Of a stretch of 64,000 nucleotides of DNA, positions 52,471-64,000 are shown one piece after another. Made by a program: the position numbers and the translations under genes. The DNA lies in assembly GCA_963716725.1 (NCBI GenBank), contig CAVQUB010000002.1, positions 192,001-256,000 on the forward strand, written 5' to 3'. Under the pieces are notes generated by a model. That model saw only the letters and a list, made by a program, of their open reading frames with translations, did not search any database and had not been told where the DNA came from. Source of the stretch: an uncultured delta proteobacterium. GTDB lineage: Bacteria; Myxococcota_A; Polyangia; Polyangiales; Polyangiaceae. The stretch's first letter is position 1. The number at the start of each line of letters is the position of its first letter.

Positions 52471-52952
52471 TCCGCCGGATAGTGCTGCTCGCCGCCGCCT
52501 GGTCCGCACTCGGCTGCCGGGGCGGCCCAGCTGAAATCCACACCGAACCGCGGACGACGCCAGCCGCGGCCGAGGCCATTACGCCAACGCCAGGCACAAC
52601 GCCCGCAACGGAAGCCGGGTTCGAGGCCATCTTCCAGGCGGAACAGGTGGATCCGGCCTGGGCCTCGAAACGTGAGACTGCCCTGGTCGCCGCGTTCGCG
52701 ACGCCGGGAACGCCCAAACTGCTGGCAGCGGTCTGCAAGAACACCATCTGCCGGCTCGAGATGGAAAACGGGGACTCCGAACCGCCGACGAACCTGCCGC
52801 GACCGGCCGTCCAGAACGTGACCGTCGCGTTCTACCGTTCACCAACCAGCGTGGTCGTCTACCTGAGCCGACCCGGCCACGGGCTGCCCACGAGTCCCAA
52901 CGTCGCAGCGAAGGCGGTGACCGTCGTGAACGGGAAGACCGTAGCCCAGTAG
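52467..52952 (+). CDS. Hypothetical lipoprotein
   Basis: ATGA overlap, lipobox ALGC, EQVDPAWA...VCKNTICRLE. Confidence 0.7.
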   Translation: MIRRIVLLAAAWSALGCRGGPAEIHTEPRTTPAAAEAITPTPGTTPATEAGFEAIFQAEQVDPAWASKRETALVAAFATPGTPKLLAAVCKNTICRLEMENGDSEPPTNLPRPAVQNVTVAFYRSPTSVVVYLSRPGHGLPTSPNVAAKAVTVVNGKTVAQ

Positions 52953-52975
52953 CGCGGCGTCGCGAGTTCCCGAGC

Positions 52976-53626
52976 TCAAAAAGGATCGTCGATCTGTGCC
53001 AACTCCCAAAGCTCGACGAACTTGCCGCGCACCCAGGGATCCAGACCCACCGCCATCTCCCGGGCAAACTTGGCGCTGCGGATCAGCTCCTGGACGTCGA
53101 CCAGATCCTTCGCGCGATGCGGCGCAACCATGCCCGACGCGAGCTTCAGCTCGATCCACCGTTCGACGGGGAGCAGCGCGAACGGAGCGCCGCGAATGGC
53201 GGTCGTCGCCGGATCCGGAAACGCGATCGGCTTCGGCTTGTCGTCCCCGGGAAAGCGGCCTGCGCTGAGCACGTCGACTTCGACGTCGTGCTCGGTATCC
53301 AGCAGCTTGCCGGTTCCCGGCACGCGCTCTGAGTAGCCCTTGCCCAGCCAGCGGGACTTGAATGCCTGCAGGTCCGCCTCCCTCATTAGAAGATCGACAT
53401 CGACGGTCACGCGGCGATGCCCGTACTCGTTCAGTGCGAGCGCGCCGATGATGGCGTAGGGAAAGCCCTCGGCCTCGAGGATCGCGACGATCTTGCGGAC
53501 CGCGCTCTGGACTTCGGCTTGTCCCACGAAGAACCTCCAGCAATAGTCGATGTTCTCGCTGAGCCTCGCCGTGGCCTCGGGCGTGCGCCAGCCGGCCCCC
53601 CAAGACTGCGGTGAAGGCTCGCCCAT
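52976..53626 (-). CDS. Nucleotidyltransferase-fold protein (DUF6036/AbiEii-like)
   Basis: YAIIGALAL...RVTVDVDLL, IELKL, KDLVDV. Confidence 0.7.
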   Translation of the reverse strand: MGEPSPQSWGAGWRTPEATARLSENIDYCWRFFVGQAEVQSAVRKIVAILEAEGFPYAIIGALALNEYGHRRVTVDVDLLMREADLQAFKSRWLGKGYSERVPGTGKLLDTEHDVEVDVLSAGRFPGDDKPKPIAFPDPATTAIRGAPFALLPVERWIELKLASGMVAPHRAKDLVDVQELIRSAKFAREMAVGLDPWVRGKFVELWELAQIDDPF

Positions 53627-53695
53627 TGACCCGAGCGTAGCAAAGAAACGCAGCGTCGGCGCCGCTCGTCAAGCCCGCCACCGGCGGCGACGGCG

Positions 53696-53738
53696 GGTCG
53701 TGACCTGGCCATCGAAGCGGAAGATCGATCCGTGCACG
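53696..53738. repeat. 43-bp exact direct copy of the moeZ internal segment 54146-54188
   Basis: GGTCGTGACCTGGCCATCGAAGCGGAAGATCGATCCGTGCACG occurs at both positions. Confidence 0.95.
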
Positions 53739-53800
53739 GCAGATCCACAGGAAGTCGGGAAGGCCGGAAGGCGAGCGGGGGAACCTTCCCGCCTTCCTGT
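53736..53800. repeat. REP-like palindromic element downstream of moeZ
   Basis: ACAGGAAGTCGGGAAGG...CCTTCCCGCCTTCCTGT inverted arms; shares a 19-bp head with 51889. Confidence 0.75.
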
Positions 53801-53827
53801 TTCACTCCGCCATCTGGAGCGGACCCC

Positions 53828-54997
<1,170 letters not shown>

Positions 54998-55077
54998 ATT
55001 CGACGGAACTCCAGAGATGTCGCACTATTCCGATGCAGGAATTATCCGCCCCAAGTATTGGTGTCGGCTCGACGCTG

Positions 55078-56301
55078 TCAAGCGCTCCCCTCGAGCTGCG
55101 CCGCCAGAGCGGCGGCGTCGGCGAATTCGTGGTCGCCGCTGATCAGGCGGACGGCCAGCTCCCGCCACCGCGCCGGTGCCTCCACGACCGAGACCACGTC
55201 CTCGACCAGCCGCCCGATCCCGTAGAGGTCCTCCCGATAGCCCGAGGCTTCACCCTGAACCCGCGACGGGCTCATGTACCCGACGCTGCCGCCGTCGACC
55301 ACGCTGCCGCTCGGATGTGACAGCCCGAAGTCGGAAAGGATGGGCTGTCCCGGCGCGAGGAACATCACGTTGGCGGGCTTGAGATCGGCGTGCATGAGGC
55401 CGGCCTGGTGGACCCGCGCGAGCGCTCGCGTGAGCGGCACGAGCCACCGCTCGATGGGCAGGAGCATCTCGGAGTCGCGCCGCTGGATCACCTGCTTGAG
55501 CGACCCCGCGCCGAGCCACTCCATGACCAGGAGTCCTTTGTCGAGATCCACGTCGTAGATGCGCACGACGCCAGCCCCGGCGAGCGCGACGGCGGTACGA
55601 GCTTCGCGTGCGAGCTTGTCGCCCTCGCGCTCGGGCCGGTGGTAGATCTTGAGCGCAACGCGACGCTCGAGTTCGTCGTCGATGGCCTCGAAGACGGTGC
55701 CCGCACCGCCCCGCCCCGCTTCGCCCACGATGCGCAGGGAGGTCTCGGGCGCGTCCGCCCGCAACAGCGTCGGCTCCGCGAGGGCGGAAACCAGCGCCGG
55801 AGTCCGCCCCCCGAGGGCCCGGCGCCAGCGCTCGTGGCGCTCACGCGCGCCGGGCGTGTCGATGTCTCGCGCCAGCACGCGCTCGACCAGGGTGAGCGCT
55901 CTCGCCACGGCGCCGGTCTCCGCGCAGGTGTCGGCCTCGAGCAGCAGCGCGGACGGCGTCGTAACGCCGTGCAAGAGGCGCAGCGCACGCGGGGATTCCC
56001 CGCGAGAAATCGCGATTTCCGCGGCGCGGGTCCGGAGCGCTTCGGGCGCCAAACCCCGGCGGGCCGCCGCTTCGACGGCCGAGAGCGCCGCCTTCTCGCC
56101 GCTACCGCCCCGCGCGCGCGCCAGCTCAGCGAGCAGCGCGGGTTCGCCCACGGCGTCTCCTGCGGCCAGCGCCTCGAGCAATGAACGTTCGACCACCGGC
56201 GCGGGCTTCGGCGCCACCGGCGCCGCTCGTGGCTCGACGCTCGGCTCGCTCGCTCTCTCGGCACCGCCAAAGCGCTCACGCAAGCGCCGCCACAGGCTCA
56301 T
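55078..56301 (-). CDS. Ser/Thr protein kinase with TPR-like N-terminus
   Basis: GRGGAGTVF, VALK, HADLKPAN, SDFG, GYMSP. Confidence 0.85.
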   Translation of the reverse strand: MSLWRRLRERFGGAERASEPSVEPRAAPVAPKPAPVVERSLLEALAAGDAVGEPALLAELARARGGSGEKAALSAVEAAARRGLAPEALRTRAAEIAISRGESPRALRLLHGVTTPSALLLEADTCAETGAVARALTLVERVLARDIDTPGARERHERWRRALGGRTPALVSALAEPTLLRADAPETSLRIVGEAGRGGAGTVFEAIDDELERRVALKIYHRPEREGDKLAREARTAVALAGAGVVRIYDVDLDKGLLVMEWLGAGSLKQVIQRRDSEMLLPIERWLVPLTRALARVHQAGLMHADLKPANVMFLAPGQPILSDFGLSHPSGSVVDGGSVGYMSPSRVQGEASGYREDLYGIGRLVEDVVSVVEAPARWRELAVRLISGDHEFADAAALAAQLEGSA

Positions 56302-57446
56302 CCGAGGACCTCCAGCGCCACGGCGCCGTCCGGGATCCGGCGCAGGCGATCGCCGGTCACGAGTTGGATCGCGCCGTGGACCGTCAACCCGTCGAGCACG
56401 GCGGCGGTACGAGCCTCGAGCTCGATGAACCCGTCCGCGCTGCTGGTCAGCATCCAGCCCTCGAGGTCGAGGCCGCCGAGCGGTGCGTGCACCGCGCCCG
56501 CCGGAGTTTCGATGCGGACTCCGTCGCGCCAAGGCTGGAGCACGATGGGCACCTCGCCGCCGAGCTCGAGGGCCAGGCCAGAGCCCAGCTTCAGCGGCGC
56601 GGCGAGGCGCGCGCCCGCCAAGAAGGTCCCGTTTCGCGAGCCGAGATCGGCGATCTCGATGCCTTCTGCGCCGCGGCAGAGGGAGAGATGCTTCCGGCTG
56701 AGCGCCGGCGACGCGATCACGAGGGACGCCTCCGCACGGCCAATCGTGAGCTCTTGGCCAAACAGCACGTCCAGGCGCTCGCCGTCGACGACCAGACCCA
56801 CGCGGGGGAGCGCCGGGCGACGAGCTTCGACTTGGGCGAGCAGGTGGGCGACGGCCGGATCGCCGCCCCGCGCATCCCGTCCCAGTGCCAGCGCCTCGCG
56901 GCGGGCGCCCGACAGCAACAGATCGCGTACGCGAGCGTGCAGCGTCCGCTGTGCGCGCTCCGCACGCTCGCGCGCCTGCTCGGAATCGAGGACGGTCTCG
57001 AGGCGATCGATGGCGCCCGCCTCGACCAGCATCCGGGCCTCGGCGTCTCGGTCACCCGCGAACGCGTAGACCTCGGCGGCCAGCACCGCCTCACCGACGC
57101 CCTCGAGACGTGCTGCGATCTCGCCCAGCTCGAAGCGACTCGGCGAGTACGAACCAGCGGCCGCGAGCTCGAGGGTGAGGCGCGCGCGCTTGGCCTCGAT
57201 CTCACGCAAACGCTCGCCGCTGGCGAAGCTCGCTGCCTGGCTCAGGAGCAAGCGCTTCCGTTCCGGGTCGAGGACGGCATCGGCACGGAGCGCGAGCAGA
57301 CGTGCCGCGTCGGCCGGCTCGCCGTGTTCGGCGTAGAGCGCGGTGGCCTCTTCCAAGCCACCCATCGCCTCCAGGCGACGGGCGTGTGACAGCGCTGCTC
57401 GACGCCGACCCACGAAGATCTCACCCACGCGCGCGAAGAATCCCAT
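56298..57446 (-). CDS. FHA-domain protein with TPR-like N-terminus
   Basis: TIGR...LSRKH...DLGSRNGTF FHA motifs. Confidence 0.85.
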   Translation of the reverse strand: MGFFARVGEIFVGRRRAALSHARRLEAMGGLEEATALYAEHGEPADAARLLALRADAVLDPERKRLLLSQAASFASGERLREIEAKRARLTLELAAAGSYSPSRFELGEIAARLEGVGEAVLAAEVYAFAGDRDAEARMLVEAGAIDRLETVLDSEQARERAERAQRTLHARVRDLLLSGARREALALGRDARGGDPAVAHLLAQVEARRPALPRVGLVVDGERLDVLFGQELTIGRAEASLVIASPALSRKHLSLCRGAEGIEIADLGSRNGTFLAGARLAAPLKLGSGLALELGGEVPIVLQPWRDGVRIETPAGAVHAPLGGLDLEGWMLTSSADGFIELEARTAAVLDGLTVHGAIQLVTGDRLRRIPDGAVALEVLG

Positions 57447-57609
57447 CAGCCGCCCGAGGCTGTCCGCAAACCCGCCGAGGTTTCAAGGTGGGCCTCACAA
57501 CCGCCGGAGTTTCCGGCGACCATCGCGGGATTCTGGTGCTCTTGGGCGAGCGGAATCCTGGTAAGCTCGCAGGGCTCCGAAACCCGTCCCAGGGAGAAGC
57601 ATCCGAAAC

Positions 57610-59333
<1,724 letters not shown>

Positions 59334-59369
59334 ACAGGACGCGACGTATGGCAACGAACGGCGACAGAC

Positions 59370-60502
<1,133 letters not shown>

Positions 60503-60574
60503 AGGGCATCCCCCGAGGTTTTTGCGCCATCACGCCGGCAAAAGCTGGTAGGAACCCGGTCGAACCGGAGGATC

Positions 60575-61869
60575 ATGGCGAACCATCGCAGGTTGGGGAT
60601 TTGCAGGAGTGGCTTGGCGGGCGTCGCCCTGGTGTTGGCAGCGCAGGCTGCGGGCGCACAGTCCTCGATGCCCGAGGCGCCACCGCCTGTGGAGCCCTGG
60701 TACGAAGCCGTGCAGCTCCGCGCCTTCGCCGACGGCTATGTCGGCGCCAACTGGGCCTTCCCCAAACCGACCCGCTATCAGCCGCCAACGCGCTCCTTCG
60801 ACGGGCCTCAAGGCTTCGCGCTCTCCTGGGTCGGGCTCGACGCCGCCTTCGCGCCGGAGCCGGTGGGCGGAACGCTGAACCTGCGCTTCGGCCCGACGGC
60901 CACGCGCACGCGGGCGAAGACGCCGGCAGCGGCCTCGAATACGTGAAGCAGGCCTTCGTGGCTTGGAAGCCAGGTTCGGGCAGCTGCACGCTGGAGCTCG
61001 GCAAGTTCGACACCTTCGTCGGCGTCGAAGTGGCCGAGAGCCAGGACAACTTCAACTACACCCGCGGCCTGTTGCACTCCTTCGCCCAGCCGCTCTTCCA
61101 CACCGGGGTGCGCGCCACCGCCGACTTGGTCGACGGGCTCACGCTGACCGCGATGGTGGCCAACGGTCTCAACCGCTCCTTCGACAACAACGTCGGCAAG
61201 ACCTTCGGTCTCGGCCTGAGCGTCAACCCCAGCGATGCCTTCGCCGCGTCGCTCAGCTGGTTGGGTGGACCCGAGCAGCCCGATTCGACCGAGGTCGCCT
61301 GCACCAGCGGCACCGCCTACGATCCGGAGGTCGGCAGCTGCGCCGACCAAAGCCGGAGCGCCGGCCCAGACTCAGGTCGTGATCGCGGCGGCGCCAACGA
61401 GTTCAATGCCTGGCGCCACCTGGTCGACCTCAGCCTGAAACTCCAGCCCATCGAGAGCCTCGCGGTGGTGCTCAACGCAGACTACGGGGTCGAGGGTGTG
61501 CGGCCCGCGGATACCAGCATCGAGGCGGAGCCCAAGGCCGAAAAGTGGTACGGCGCCGCGCTCTTGACGCGCATGCAGCTCAGCGAAACCTGGGCGGTGG
61601 CGCTCCGCGGCGAATACCTCGCCGATCCCGACGGGCGCGCTCTGGCGTTCACGCGCCCGGACGGCGCTGCCTTGACCGACACGGCCCTCGGCAGCGCGAC
61701 CTTGACCATTGAAGCGCGACCCACGGACAACCTGATCCTCCGCCTCGACAGCCGCGGCGACTTCGTGCTCGATGCGGCGCCAGACAAGGAGATCTTCCGG
61801 GAGAAGGTCCGAGGCAGCAGCGACAAGCTCTTCACCACGACCCTCGGCGTCGTCGTGACCACCAACTGA
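60575..61869 (+). CDS. Putative outer-membrane porin / beta-barrel (frameshifts near 60910 and 61350-61380)
   Basis: GGAGG RBS, signal peptide, KQAFV, GKFDTFVGVEVAES..NFNYTRG, QPLFHTGVR, ALRGEY. Confidence 0.75.
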
Positions 61870-61921
61870 TCGCAGCGCTCTGGCCGAGAGCGCGGGCGGG
61901 GCACCGGCCAGCAGCCGAGGG

Positions 61922-64000
61922 CTACTTGAGCTCTTCCGCGGCCTTCAGCACTTCCGGGTGCTTCTTCAGCTTCTTCTGCAAGAGCGCGACGTAGCCCTTG
62001 GCGCGGCGGTCCTTCGTGACCGCGAGCGCGCGGGCAGCGACGACACGAAGCAAGAGCGGAGCCTCGTCCGGGGGCGGATCGAGCTGCGAAGCCTTGGCCC
62101 GAGCCTCGGGCGCTCGCCCGCCCTTGGCGTCAACGTACATGCGCAGCCAGCCGCCGAGGGGACCGAGCAGGCTCGGGTACTTGGCGATCAGATCGCGCGC
62201 AGGTCCCGGTTGGTTCTTATCCATCAAGGTCCAGACGCGCTCGATGATCACCGGAACGGTCGTGCTGCCGTGCTCCAGGGCGGTGATCGCGTACTTCTCG
62301 GCTTCGTCGGCCTTGCCCTGGTAGCGACGCAAACGCGCCATGCGCAAGGCGTACACCGGACGGTTGGCGCCCTCGCCCCACTGAGCCGTCAGCTTCTCCG
62401 CGAGCTCGAGGTCACCGCTCACCAAGGCCGAGTCCACCGCGACCAGACTCTCCCCAGGGGATCGACGCGTTCGCCATGGGCTCGAGCTTGTCGGACGTGG
62501 GCACGCCGACCCCGGTGATCACCGACGGCATGGTCGCGAACGAAACGTAGTCGGGGTGCTTCTGCGGGAGCTCGCCCATGGCCTCGAGGGCGCTGCCGAG
62601 CTCGGAGCCGTCGAGGGTCTCGTAGGCCAGCACCGCGCGGACGACGGCCACCTCCGGGCTCCGCGGCTCGAGCTCTTCGATGGCCTTCTTGGCTTCGTCG
62701 AGCCGTCCGCCGAGCAGCGCAACTCGCGACGCCAGCACGCGCGCCTTGCGGGTAGAGCGCCGAGAACTGCAGCGCCCGGAGCGCGGCCTTGCGCGCCAGC
62801 TTCTCGTCGCCGGCCTTGATCGCCAAGAACCCGAGGGAGGTGGCCATCGCTGGCGTGTCCGAAAGCAGGATCGCGCTGTCGATGGACGCGACCGCCTTCT
62901 TCTCGAGGCCCGCGCCAATGGCCTGGATCGCCTCCACCACGGCGGACACCGGCATCAGCGGCGCGACCAGGGTCTGGCGGTCGTCCTCGGAGATGGTGGC
63001 AGATCTTGGGCAGTTCCTTCGGTCGCTCCGGATCGACCACCCACGCCAGCGCCTCCAGGGCGCGAGTGGTCGCCGTCTCACCGGTCTTCTGCTTGAGCTC
63101 TTCGATGACCGGCTTGCCCTTCTCGGGGCCGAGTTCGAGCAACACCGACCGCGCCAGGAGCACGTCCGCCACCAAGAGCTTGGGATCGAGCGCGCGCGCC
63201 GCTTCGTAGCGCTCGATGGCCCGGCGATCGCCTGCGCGTTCGAGCACGGCGCCGGCGGTGAGCTGGTAGTAGGCGTCCTTGCCGGAGTCTTTGTCGTACT
63301 TGGGCAGCGATGCGGCCGCTCCCGCGAGATCGCCCTCGACCAGGTACGAGGCGAGCTTCCCGAACACCACCTCGGACTCGGGCACCTCGAGGGAGCGTGC
63401 GCGATGCATGGCGGAGTCGATGCCGCGAGCCTCGCCGGGCAAGATCAGGGCACCGAGCACGCGATTCTGTAACCACTGCTTGGCAGCACGCTGGCTTCGG
63501 GAGTCGAGCTCGAAGATCCGACTCAAGCGATCGTCGGTGGCCTTCAGCTGCGCCATCTCGGCGCTGTGGAGCATGACCTCGACCTCGTCACTGAGGCGTT
63601 GGGCGAGCTGGGCGCGCTCCTTCTGGACCTTGCGCGCGTAGGCGAAACCGCCGCCGCCGATCGCGATGATGAGCACCGTCGCGACGATGAGCACCCAGGA
63701 TCCCCGCGCGCGCTGGACGGCGGCGGCCTCCCAGGCCGGCGGCGCGCCGCCACCGGGCTCGTAGATCCCGACCCGCGCCAGGCTCTCGAGCACGGCCTGG
63801 GGAGTCGGGTTCGCTACGTCGTCGGCACACGTTGGCGGGGAGTCGTCCTCCTCGAGGGGGCCGCGGGGGATTGGATGCGTAGGCGGGCTGCGGCGCCGTG
63901 GCGGGGTGCCGTACAGATCCGGCGCTGCGTCCGCAGGTCTGCGGGGGCGCTTGGCGCGGCGGCGGCGGCCGCGGCGCGCCGGGGCTGGGCTCGTCGTAGG
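61922..64000 (-). CDS. Large TPR-rich membrane-anchored protein, partial and frameshifted
   Basis: Collinear fragments 61922..62437, 62412..62918, 62419..63081 and 62519..63793 give a Pro-rich N-region, one TM segment and helical repeats. Start probably lies beyond the window. Confidence 0.6.

Noticed and set aside
57447..57609. c-di-GMP riboswitch upstream of pilB
   Set aside because: Only short GC hairpins; I could not recognise the GEMM consensus.

Overview
High-GC chromosomal segment whose gene content (MYXO-CTERM protein, PEGA/TPR protein, Ser/Thr kinases, Cys-rich lipoproteins, AgmX/PglI-like domains, pilB-pilT) points to a myxobacterium, probably Polyangiaceae-like (inference). It holds about 60 CDS, mostly housekeeping and envelope genes: thioredoxin-rhodanese fusion, larC/larB, pmbA, MATE pump, mrp, an S1-domain protein, a MacAB-like exporter, an ECF sigma/anti-sigma pair, rpsT, acs, an M20 peptidase, an ssuA/C-like pair, a PBP, an acyl-CoA dehydrogenase, moeZ/moeB and pilB/pilT. 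I found no tRNA, rRNA or CRISPR array. Most notable: (1) a 3.44-kb IS1182-family element inserted at the larC stop codon that carries an HNH-nuclease cassette bounded by ~78-bp self-palindromic inverted repeats, one expanded into a 27-bp hairpin array; (2) a lipoprotein whose 28 central cysteines are spaced in mirror symmetry, suggesting a long disulfide-laddered beta-hairpin, next to three CxxC redoxin lipoproteins and a DUF6029-like barrel; (3) a G16 tract between a perfect -35 and a -10 box, a candidate phase-variable promoter, in a small repeat-bounded islet; (4) a small basic ORF co-transcribed with rpsT. Single-base frameshifts near 4663 and 9876, and many from 57850 to the end, look like read or assembly errors. 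All family assignments come from motif recognition, not database searches.
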